A stretch of 32,421 nt of DNA. Source: an uncultured Planctomycetales bacterium (lineage in GTDB: Bacteria > Planctomycetota > SZUA-567 > JAFGNG01). The stretch lies in assembly GCA_964553265.1 (NCBI GenBank), contig CAZKKD010000002.1, positions 1 to 32,421 on the forward strand, given 5' to 3'. The translations under genes were made by a program, and so were the position numbers. Positions 8,025 to 16,372 of this stretch are shown here, piece after piece (within the stretch, counting starts at the first letter, position 1; each line of letters opens with the position of its first letter). The notes under the pieces are model-generated. The model worked only from the letters and a program-made list of their open reading frames with translations. It was not told where the DNA came from and did not search any database.

Positions 8025-9140
8025 TCAGCCGATGCCGTGTTCGTGGCAGAGGTCTTCGTAGAGGTCTTCGAGGCGGGTGATCTGCCGGCCGGCGTCGAAG
8101 CGGCGCAGGTTCTCCGGCATCTGGCGGCGGAGGTGCGCCGCGGTGGCGGGGGTGAGCGCGGCCCGGATGGCGGACGCGATGGCCTCGGGGCGGCTCTCGT
8201 TCACCAGGCGCCCGCCCCCGCCGGCCAGCGCCTCGGGCGTGCCGCCCACCGCGCGCGCCACCACCGGCACGCCCGCGGCCTGCGCCTCGAGGATGACCAT
8301 GCCCAGCCCCTCGCTGTCGCTGGTCACCACCACGCAGTCGAGCGCCCGGTAGACGCGCGCCACCTCCGCGTGCCGGCCGACAAACGCCACCTTGTGCGCC
8401 ATGCCGAGCTGGCGGGCCTTCTCCTTCAGCGTGTCGCGGAGCTTCCCCTCGCCCACCACGACGAAGTTGACGTCCGGCCGGTCCTGGTTGAGCCGGAACG
8501 CGGCGTCGAGGAAGAGGTCGTGGCGCTTCACCGGGTGCAACCGGCCGACAATGCCCACGCACGGTCCGTCCGCGGCGAGGCCGAGGTCGGCCTTGGCGAG
8601 CTGGGGCGAGATGTCGCTCCGGAAGGCGTTGGGGTCGATGAAGTTGTGCAGCGTCTCCACCCGGTCGCGCGGCATGTCCGCCACCTCCATCTGCACGGTC
8701 GCCACCGCGTCGGAGATGCAGAGAACGCGGTCCGTGCGCTTCGCCAGCCAGCGGGCAATCCAGCCGTGGTGCGACCGCGTGTCGCGCAGCACGTCGTGCG
8801 CGTGGGCGATGCGCACCGGCGTCCCGGCCAGGACCGCGGCCAGCCGCCCGCTCAGGTTGGCGCGCCGCAGGTGCGTGTGCACCACGTCGATATCGAGCTC
8901 ACGCAGCAGCCCCTGCAGGCGCACAAGGCCGATCAGGCTGAGCCGGCTGGAAAAGTACACCAGGTGATGCGGAACGCGCTGGTCCTCCAGCCGTGCGATG
9001 AGCGACCCGCCGCTGCGGAGGCAGCAGACGTGCGGGCGAAAGCGGCTGCGGTCCAGGTTCGCGACAATGTCGCAGACGACGCGCTGCGCGCCGCCCATCT
9101 CCATGTCGCTCAGGATATGCATCACGCGAATCGGGCGCAT
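8025..9140 (-). CDS. Glycosyltransferase family 4 (GT-B, group 1; 371 aa)
   Basis: Frame of ORF 8025..9215 (-). The start is at MRPIRVMHILSDMEMGGAQRVV (ATG 9140). The C-terminal half has the GT4 pattern FVGRH..VARVYRALDCVVVTSDSEGLGMVILEAQAAGVPVVA (the E-x7-E region). Confidence 0.85.
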   Translation of the reverse strand: MRPIRVMHILSDMEMGGAQRVVCDIVANLDRSRFRPHVCCLRSGGSLIARLEDQRVPHHLVYFSSRLSLIGLVRLQGLLRELDIDVVHTHLRRANLSGRLAAVLAGTPVRIAHAHDVLRDTRSHHGWIARWLAKRTDRVLCISDAVATVQMEVADMPRDRVETLHNFIDPNAFRSDISPQLAKADLGLAADGPCVGIVGRLHPVKRHDLFLDAAFRLNQDRPDVNFVVVGEGKLRDTLKEKARQLGMAHKVAFVGRHAEVARVYRALDCVVVTSDSEGLGMVILEAQAAGVPVVARAVGGTPEALAGGGGRLVNESRPEAIASAIRAALTPATAAHLRRQMPENLRRFDAGRQITRLEDLYEDLCHEHGIG

Positions 9141-9270
9141 CGGCGTCGGAACTCCCGGCCCGGAGGTCGAAAAAAAGCCGCCCCCGGCAGGACCCCAAGG
9201 GCGGCATGCATTCACTTACAGGCCCGTGCCCGCGCGCGGCCGCACGCGCCGACCGCCCGGGACCACCGCG

Positions 9271-9540
9271 TCAGGCGACGTGGCTGTCCTCTTCGCGCAA
9301 CCCCATCTCGGCCAGGATGGCGCGGCACTCGCCCCGGCTGATGTCGTCGATGGACAGGCCGCGGCGCTTCCCGTGCTCGAAAAACTCCAGCGCCTGCGCC
9401 TGCATCCGCTCGTGCGTGCCGGCGCTGCCGCTGTAGAGGCGGAACTGGCGGGACCGCGTAATGCGCGTGTGGCCGTCCTGGTTGTCCAGGCCAAGGCCGG
9501 TCAGGCGGATCTTTCCACGGCGGCTGTGACGTTTGGGCAT
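9271..9540 (-). CDS. Small basic hypothetical protein (89 aa)
   Basis: Frame of ORF 9271..9558 (-). The likely start is MPKRHSRRGKIRLTGLGLDNQDGHTRITR (ATG 9540). Composition is realistic, and a good promoter-like motif lies upstream. I do not recognise the family. Confidence 0.55.
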   Translation of the reverse strand: MPKRHSRRGKIRLTGLGLDNQDGHTRITRSRQFRLYSGSAGTHERMQAQALEFFEHGKRRGLSIDDISRGECRAILAEMGLREEDSHVA

Positions 9541-9608
9541 GGTGCGCAAGCCTTCCATCCTGTATACGCACGCGCATCCGGGCGCGGCAATGGTTCGCTC
9601 AAGAGGGG

Positions 9609-9637
9609 ATTATATGAACCGACAGGGGGCCAATCAA
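9609..9637 (-). promoter_or_regulatory. Candidate sigma70-type promoter for the 89-aa gene and the GT4 gene
   Basis: On the minus strand: TTGATT (9637-9632), a 17-nt spacer, then a perfect TATAAT (9614-9609), about 65 nt upstream of ATG 9540. Confidence 0.4.
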
Positions 9638-9793
9638 GAAGCGGCCAACTTTCCGGTTGTAGTTGATCCGCGCAGGAAAGGCTCACAAACTCTTTATCGC
9701 AAAGGACTTGTGACCTCTCCGGAAGGCCGCGGGCGGTGGAGAATTCACGGAGTCGCCGAATCGCTCCCCGGCGCGAAGCTGCCTGCGAAACGC

Positions 9794-10552
9794 TCAGGCG
9801 TTGGACAACGCAACGGACCAATCGGGGAGGCAGCGGTCCATCGCGGCGGCCATGTCCTCCGGAACCGGTGATTCCAGGTGGACTTGCATCGATTCGTCGT
9901 CCGGGTCGGGAAACACGATCCGCCACGCGTGGAGCGCCTGACGCGCAAGGCCGACCGCGTCCTTGATCGCGCGGTTGGCCGCCCGGTCGCCGTACTGGTC
10001 GTCGCCGAGGATGGGACGGCCGAAATCGGCGGCGTGGACGCGGATCTGGTGGGTCCGGCCGGTGTGCGGGTGGAAGAGCATCAGGCTGCAGCCCGACGCG
10101 GTCAGCTCCGCGGGGAGGCCCGTTCCGTCCGCTTTGATCAGCAGGCGGTACGCGGTCTCGGCGTCCTGTCCGCCCTTCGATCCCTTCACGACATGGACGG
10201 GCCGCCGCCCGCCTTCCCAGCGGCTGAGACGCCGCCGGAGCACCCCGGTGGGGTTGCGCGGCGCACCGAGGCAGAGGGCGAGGTAGGCCTTTTCGACGCG
10301 GCGTGCGCGGAAGGCCGCCTCCAGCACGCGCGTGACGGGGGGCGTCTTGCCGAAGAGCTGGCAGCCGGTGGTGTCGCGGTCGAGGCGGTGGGCCGGGGCG
10401 AGGCCGGGCAGGTCGCGCTCGCGCCGGACGCGGCTGGCAAGGCAGCGGCTGGTGTCCCCGCCGCCGGTGACGATGGTCTCCCAGCCGGCGGGCTTGTCGA
10501 CGGCGATCCATGCGTCGGTCTCGGCGAGGACAGGCGCCGGTGCGTCGGGCAT
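9794..10552 (-). CDS. RluA-family pseudouridine synthase (252 aa)
   Basis: Frame of ORF 9794..10678 (-). The start is at MPDAPAPVLAETDAWIAVDKPAG (ATG 10552). The catalytic motif HRLDRDTTG is present, as are KAYLALC and HTGRTHQIRVH. Confidence 0.85.
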   Translation of the reverse strand: MPDAPAPVLAETDAWIAVDKPAGWETIVTGGGDTSRCLASRVRRERDLPGLAPAHRLDRDTTGCQLFGKTPPVTRVLEAAFRARRVEKAYLALCLGAPRNPTGVLRRRLSRWEGGRRPVHVVKGSKGGQDAETAYRLLIKADGTGLPAELTASGCSLMLFHPHTGRTHQIRVHAADFGRPILGDDQYGDRAANRAIKDAVGLARQALHAWRIVFPDPDDESMQVHLESPVPEDMAAAMDRCLPDWSVALSNA

Positions 10553-10705
10553 GCGGCGGCTCCGGACAGGCGGTTCGCGGACAGGCAGGACCGGCCGGCG
10601 CACTCCGATCCGGACGACGGCGGAGCGGGTCGGTCCCGCGCTCGCCCCCGTCATACCGTACCGGCCGGCGCAATGCAAACGGGATCCGCGGCAGCGTCGT
10701 TCCGT

Positions 10706-10793
10706 TCTCCCGCTCCCGTTGGGAGAGGGCCGGGGTGAGGGCCTCGGACGGTGAACATCCCCCTCGCCCTGACCCTCTCCCAGAGGGAGAGGG
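10706..10793. repeat. Pair of inverted REP-like palindromic units (CCCTC-N-CCCT-N-CCCTCTCCC-NNN-GGGAGAGGG type)
   Basis: Unit 2 at 10761-10793 is ccctcgccctgaccctctccc-aga-gggagaggg (9-bp stem 10773-10781/10785-10793). Unit 1 at 10713-10741 is the same motif in reverse orientation (reverse complement ccctcaccccggccctctcccaacgggag, 24/29 identity to unit 2). A third copy lies at 14211-14237. Confidence 0.7.
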
Positions 10794-10924
10794 AACTTTT
10801 GCCGAACCGGCGCCGCCAGCTTCAGAGCGAAATGGCAAGAATTGAATGACCCCGGGATTCGCCGCCAGGCGCTTGCATCCGGACGGCGTGGACGGTAGAC
10901 TGCGGGGAGAGACCGATCCGACGC

Positions 10925-11014
10925 GGAGGGCTGGCCGAGCGGTCGAAGGCGACGGTTTTGAAAACCGTTGGGGCGGCAACGTCCTCAGGGGTTCGAATCC
11001 TCTGCCCTCCGCCA
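10925..11014 (+). tRNA. tRNA-Ser(UGA): tRNA-Ser, anticodon UGA, with encoded CCA
   Basis: Folded by hand. Acceptor GGAGGGC/GCCCTCC; 3-bp D stem with loop GAGCGGTCGAA; anticodon stem ACGGT/ACCGT with loop TT-TGA-AA. The long variable arm is GGGCG-GCAA-CGTCC, the T arm is AGGGG-TTCGAAT-CCTCT, and the discriminator is G followed by CCA. Confidence 0.92.
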
Positions 11015-11116
11015 TGGACTGATGCGGGACGCCGGGGGCGTGCCCGCCGTTCGTTCCCGCCCGCCGCGACGGCGCGCGGGGCTCCGACATCGCGGCTGTT
11101 CCGAGGACTGAGACCC

Positions 11117-12373
<1,257 letters not shown>

Positions 12374-12581
12374 GTGGGCTCCATTCTCTGGCGGGCACAG
12401 AACAGACCGGCTTCGTTCAGCCTTCGCGCGACCCTCGGTGAACCAGGGATCGCTCTGCCGACGGGGCGTTGGGTTTTCGCAAGGCCCTCTTGCCTAATTC
12501 TCGGCATATCGACGGGATACCGGATGCATGCACAGCCGTTCGGCCGAAACCCGAATTCGGAGCGAGCGCACCCTTTCGAGC

Positions 12582-13085
12582 TTACTGCGGTTGAACACTC
12601 CCGGATGGCCTTTTCTTGTCCGACCCCTTGCATGCGCGGTTTGCGACCAGGCTCGATGATTGCTCTTCGGTATTCCCGGCATCCTTCACGAACTGCTTCA
12701 TCTGGTCGACAAAGGTCATTGTCGGAAGGAGAAGAGGTGCATGCGGCCCCCTGCCGGTCAGGTTGGAAATCATTTCTCGGACTGAGCCGTACAGCACTGC
12801 GCTTCCGTTGATCTCGGCGAATTGCCGCACCTGTTCCTGGGGAAGGTCATCCTGAACTTTGAACAGTCCCACGACCTCTATATCAAACATGTAAGGCGGA
12901 GGGGCATCCTTGGCCGCTTCGTTCTTCAGGGAAAACGTGATTTGCCAACGCCGCGGGTTATCCTTGTGGTGAGCCGACGCCACTTCACAGGACAGATCGC
13001 CCGGTCCATCACAGCCGGCATTACAAGCCTCCACATGGATGCGCGTGAAAAAGTAATTTTCAAGCGACAGGGGCGAGAGCATCAT
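12582..13085 (-). CDS. SecB-like chaperone (167 aa), third gene of a TAC module
   Basis: Frame of ORF 12582..13178 (-). The start is at MMLSPLSLENYFF (ATG 13085 or 13082), overlapping the antitoxin 3' end by about 25 nt. FDIEVVGLFKVQDDLPQEQVRQFAEINGSAVLYGSVREMISNLTGRGPHAPLLLPTMTF parallels the SecB core (..GiF.i......l...l...cp..LFPYaRe.is.l...G.FP.L.L.PvNF). Confidence 0.75.
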   Translation of the reverse strand: MMLSPLSLENYFFTRIHVEACNAGCDGPGDLSCEVASAHHKDNPRRWQITFSLKNEAAKDAPPPYMFDIEVVGLFKVQDDLPQEQVRQFAEINGSAVLYGSVREMISNLTGRGPHAPLLLPTMTFVDQMKQFVKDAGNTEEQSSSLVANRACKGSDKKRPSGSVQPQ

Positions 13086-13506
13086 GACCAAACTCCTTGT
13101 CGGAGGCGACAAAGGGGATGCAGGTGACATCCCGGTCTTGCGTGTAGGACGCACGCATCGCATCGAGGTCCACTTCACCGCCCTCGGCAGAACCCGGCTT
13201 CACGTCAAACCAGAGAGACTGGGCGTCCTCGGGTCGAAGATGGATCCGGAAGTCGGTATCGAGCGCTCTGGCAATCTTTGCCATGGACTCCAGGGTGAAG
13301 TTGTAATCCCCCTTGAGTATTTTTGTGATGTAGGATGGGCGTACCTTCATCCGTTTGGCGAGGTCCGAACGGGAGATCCCTTTTGCCTCCATGCGCCGGA
13401 GCATCTCCTCAGTGAATTCGATGATCGCGCCCTCGATCCAGTACTCGAGAGACTGCTCCGCCTTTTTGAAAAGCTGCTGGAACTCTTTCCCCGGTCCTCT
13501 GCTCAT
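13060..13506 (-). CDS. XRE-family HTH antitoxin (HigA-like, 148 aa) with a C-terminal extension
   Basis: Frame of ORF 13060..13620 (-). The start is at MSRGPGKEFQQLF (ATG 13506), 1 nt after the toxin stop. The HTH is GISRSDLAKRMKVRPSYITKILKGDYNFTLESMAKIARALD. A tail of about 58 aa contains FVASD (13113-13099). Confidence 0.8.
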   Translation of the reverse strand: MSRGPGKEFQQLFKKAEQSLEYWIEGAIIEFTEEMLRRMEAKGISRSDLAKRMKVRPSYITKILKGDYNFTLESMAKIARALDTDFRIHLRPEDAQSLWFDVKPGSAEGGEVDLDAMRASYTQDRDVTCIPFVASDKEFGHDALAPVA

Positions 13507-13507
13507 C

Positions 13508-13903
13508 TCAAATCTCCCTGACGCGGCCCTCGGCCTTTGCCGACCGGTACAGATCCCGGATGCGCCGGGCCCTGTCGATCTCGCCGGGTGGGGTCTTTTG
13601 ACGCTTTTTGACGAAGCCATGCGTACAGATGATCAGATTCTCCTCATCCCAAAACCATGCGATCCGCAGGCAACCACCCTTGAACTCAAAGATTCCGTCT
13701 TCAAGACTGCGACACTTCTCCTTGTTGCGAATGCGACCCCGCTCCGCCATTTCCCGCAGAACACGCATGAGGCGGGCGAAATCCGTCGCTCTGCCCCTCC
13801 CCTACTCATCCAGAAAGCCACGCAGGTCACAGCCGTGGCCATCGATGGCCGTGACTCGGCAAGACGCACCAGACCAAACGACTTGCAGGTTCACGTCACT
13901 CAT
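13508..13903 (-). pseudogene. HigB/Gp49-like toxin gene interrupted by an in-frame TAG at codon 34
   Basis: The ORF track lists only the distal 86 aa (13508..13768). Hand translation from ATG 13903 gives MSDVNLQVVWSGASCRVTAIDGHGCDLRGFLDE-TAG(13804-13802)-GRGRATDFARL-MRVLREMAERGRIRNKEKCRSLEDGIFEFKGGCLRIAWFWDEENLIICTHGFVKKRQKTPPGEIDRARRIR..., all in one frame. Together this is a full-length Gp49-type toxin of about 130 aa. There is no SD in front of the internal ATG at 13768. Confidence 0.65.
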
Positions 13904-13907
13904 AAGA

Positions 13908-13935
13908 AGATTAACCTATAGGTGAACGATGTCAA
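13908..13935 (-). promoter_or_regulatory. Candidate promoter for the TAC operon (possibly giving a near-leaderless transcript)
   Basis: On the minus strand: TTGACA (13935-13930), a 16-nt spacer, then TAATCT (13913-13908). The -10 element ends only 4 nt before ATG 13903, and no SD is visible. Confidence 0.3.
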
Positions 13936-14108
13936 ATGAAAATGCTTTTTTGTGCTCATTGACACTCATAACGTATTGAAAGAAAAGGAGTTGCGAAAAA
14001 CCACTTCCAGCAGCCGCTGAACATGTTTTCCCTCTTGCGGTTACACTTAGTGGAACGTCCCGCAAGTAGATGAACAAATTCGCCGGGCGCCGCCCTCATC
14101 CTAACCCC

Positions 14109-14208
14109 AATACGGTTCAGCTAAGCGGTGGCACGGCCATCTTGGCCGTGGAATCATGGGCTGGAAGCCCATGCCACGACGCACCGGTCGTCTTAACTGA
14201 ACCGTATT
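14109..14208. repeat. 100-bp element bounded by 17-bp inverted repeats and enclosing two 7-bp GC stem-loops (MITE-like element or structured RNA)
   Basis: Left arm aatacggttcagctaag (14109-14125); right arm cttaactgaaccgtatt (14192-14208); 16/17 positions are complementary. Internal hairpins are cacggcc-atctt-ggccgtg (14132-14150) and catgggc-tggaa-gcccatg (14155-14173). The hexamer cctaac occurs 3 nt outside each arm (14100-14105 and 14212-14217). Confidence 0.5.
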
Positions 14209-14210
14209 GT

Positions 14211-14237
14211 CCCTAACTCTCTCCCAAAGGGAGAGGG
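14211..14237. repeat. REP-like palindromic unit, third copy
   Basis: ccctaactctctccc-aaa-gggagaggg matches unit 2 (10767-10796 region) at 26 of 30 aligned positions. It lies about 85 nt downstream of the stop of the pseudopilin-like operon, so it may also act as a terminator hairpin. Confidence 0.65.
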
Positions 14238-14320
14238 AATGTTCACCAACTTGCGGGGCGCTGTACTTAGACAAGCGGACGCCGATGATCGGGCACGCTC
14301 TTTCGCGCTTCCGTTCCGCG

Positions 14321-15178
14321 TCAGTCCGGTTGCGCGAAATAGCGGTGCTTCGGGCCGGCGGAGCTGGAGCGCGTCACCGCCCAGGCGTAGGGCTTGCCGT
14401 CGCCGAAAAGCGAGAAGGTGACGCTTGCGTCCTCCAGGCGGAAGGTGGTCGCCGCGCCGGAGGCGACGATCTGGTTGGCCCCGCCGACCGGGAGCGGCAG
14501 ATCGCAATGCTTCGTCTCGTGCGGATTGAAGACGAGGCCGTTGATCGTGACGATGCCTTCGGCGGCGCGGTCCTTTGTGCAGCCCATCACCTGGTCGGTA
14601 ATGAGGATCTCGTTCGGATCCTCGTGAACGGTGAGCGTGTCCACGTCCGAGTGGAGCGCATCGATGCGGTAGCGGCCGGGGTAGAAGTTGTATCCCGGCG
14701 AGGCCACGCCGCTGAAGTCGCCGTCCCACTGCACCCGGCTCGGGCGGTGCCAGTGCGGATCCATCGGCTCGCTCCAGTCGCGGAAGGGGCAGTAGACCGC
14801 CTGGCGCGATTCCACCGCGCCGGCCGACGGATCGAGCCGCAGGTAATCGGTGAAGTAGGAGAGGCAGCCTTCGCCGACAATCTTGAACGGCATCCGCTCT
14901 TTGCTCTCCCAGTGTTTGACGGTCCCGCCGGTCCAGATGAGTCCGCCGCCGAACGCGGGGTAGAGCCCGCCGAAGTCGCCGCGGTACATCTCCAGGGCCG
15001 TGTGGTTCTGTCGCAGCCGCGAGAGGCACGAGAGGGTCCGGGCGCTCTTGATCGCGCTCTCCAGCGCCGGCAGCAGCAGCCCCGCCAGGATGCTGATGAT
15101 GGCGATCACGACCAACAGCTCCACCAGGGTGAAACCGCGGCGACCGCGGTGGTGGTGTGCATGGGCAGACGTTGTCAA
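14321..15178 (-). CDS. Prepilin-type N-terminal cleavage/methylation domain protein (pseudopilin-like, DUF1559/H-X9-DG-related, 285 aa)
   Basis: Frame of ORF 14321..15448 (-). There is no ATG before the pilin leader, so the start is placed at TTG 15178-15176. This overlaps the upstream stop as TTGA, with GGAGGA immediately upstream. The leader is (M)[14 protein letters not shown]|[24 protein letters not shown]. The C-terminus has a degenerate motif [13 protein letters not shown] in place of H-X9-DG. Confidence 0.75.
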   Translation of the reverse strand: MTTSAHAHHHRGRRGFTLVELLVVIAIISILAGLLLPALESAIKSARTLSCLSRLRQNHTALEMYRGDFGGLYPAFGGGLIWTGGTVKHWESKERMPFKIVGEGCLSYFTDYLRLDPSAGAVESRQAVYCPFRDWSEPMDPHWHRPSRVQWDGDFSGVASPGYNFYPGRYRIDALHSDVDTLTVHEDPNEILITDQVMGCTKDRAAEGIVTINGLVFNPHETKHCDLPLPVGGANQIVASGAATTFRLEDASVTFSLFGDGKPYAWAVTRSSSAGPKHRYFAQPD

Positions 15179-16074
15179 TTCCTCCGGTACAGGTTGCGGG
15201 CGTCGTTGATCACCATCCGGCCGGCGTAATTGCTGCCGTCCAGGTCGGCCGGGCCCAGCGCTTCGCTGTGGCCGTCGAAGAAGCTGACGCCGATCCGGCC
15301 CCCGTGGCGGAAAGCGGGAAAGCGAAGCTCCTCGCCCACCGAATCGCCGACGAGAAACGTGTCGTTCGGGTGGCTCAGCTCGGAGAGGCGGTGGACCACC
15401 GGATCCGGGACGGTGCGGCCGAGCGTGCCGTCCCAGCGGAAGTTGCACGGGAAAGCATACCCCTGCCCGCGGTTGCCGTTGACCTGGTAGTGGCTCCAGA
15501 TGCGCAGCCGACGGGCCGTCGATCCCTTGTACGCCACGTGGGCCGAGGGGCCGCCGTCAAAGCAGGTCGAGCCGGTCGCGCCGTTGCGCCAGACCGCCGT
15601 CCGCTTCACCTGGTTCGACTCCCCCCATTTGGGTGTCAACGCGGCCGCCGCCGGGCAGTTGAGAATGTCGCTGGTCCAGTGATCCCCGGTCCAGTCGCCG
15701 ACCAGTTCGCCGCTGATGAAGAGCGAACTGAGGCCGGGGTACTCCTGCGGACCGACCGTGTGACCCGAGCTGTTGAACTCGAACCAGTAGTAGGGATGGA
15801 GGATATCGTCGTAGTTGCCGACGTAGATGAGCATCGCGGTCGCCTGCTGGCGCGCATTGTTCTGGCAGTGGATCGTCTGCGCCGCTTCCTGCGCCGCTTC
15901 GAGTGCGGGCAGGAGCAACCCCGCCAGCACGCTGATGATGGCGATCACGACCAACAGCTCCACCAAGGTAAAACCGCGGCGGACTGCGCGGGCGGAACCC
16001 GCCGGGGCCTGCGTCCCCCGCCGCAGGGGGGCGGCGCCGGGGTCGCGTCCTTCATCTCCATACCGGTTTCGCAT
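15175..16074 (-). CDS. Prepilin-type N-terminal cleavage/methylation domain protein with an H-X9-DG C-terminal motif (299 aa)
   Basis: ORF 15175..16074 (-). AGGAGG lies 7 nt upstream. [27 protein letters not shown] follows a 33-aa leader. The C-terminal [17 protein letters not shown] is H-X9-DG. Confidence 0.85.
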   Translation of the reverse strand: MRNRYGDEGRDPGAAPLRRGTQAPAGSARAVRRGFTLVELLVVIAIISVLAGLLLPALEAAQEAAQTIHCQNNARQQATAMLIYVGNYDDILHPYYWFEFNSSGHTVGPQEYPGLSSLFISGELVGDWTGDHWTSDILNCPAAAALTPKWGESNQVKRTAVWRNGATGSTCFDGGPSAHVAYKGSTARRLRIWSHYQVNGNRGQGYAFPCNFRWDGTLGRTVPDPVVHRLSELSHPNDTFLVGDSVGEELRFPAFRHGGRIGVSFFDGHSEALGPADLDGSNYAGRMVINDARNLYRRN

Positions 16075-16351
16075 CCAGTCACCTCCTGCCGTCAGCGTCC
16101 GTCATCCTGTGGCGCATCATCCACGCTTCATGGTATCCGATTCGGCCCCTGCTGTAAAGCGGACCGACCGGAAACCTGCGTGGAGCGGCAGCTTCCATGA
16201 CGCCGGAAAGCCGCACGCAAAGGAACGCTGCAGACGCTCCGGAAGGAACCTGACGGGGGAATTTCCGCGTACCGGAGCGGAATCCGGGCGCTGCGCCACC
16301 TCGCGAAATGCATCGCGAGTGCTTGCCCGCAAACGAATTGGAACAGACAGG

Positions 16352-16372
16352 CGCCCGCCTCAGCGGCGGGCG
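16352..16372 (-). terminator. GC hairpin spanning the aminotransferase stop codon (weak intrinsic-terminator candidate)
   Basis: cgcccgcc (16352-16359) pairs with ggcgggcg (16365-16372) around a 5-nt loop. On the minus-strand RNA it is followed by CCUGUCUGUUCCAAUUCGUUUG, which is only moderately U-rich. Confidence 0.25.

Noticed and set aside
13802-13804. The possibility that TAG is recoded (for example pyrrolysine or a sense codon) rather than being a nonsense mutation in the toxin
   Set aside because: TAG terminates at least three well-supported genes in this window (GH3 at 6595-6597, argG at 12371-12373, exbB at 31008-31010) at positions matching normal protein ends. No pyl-type context is visible.
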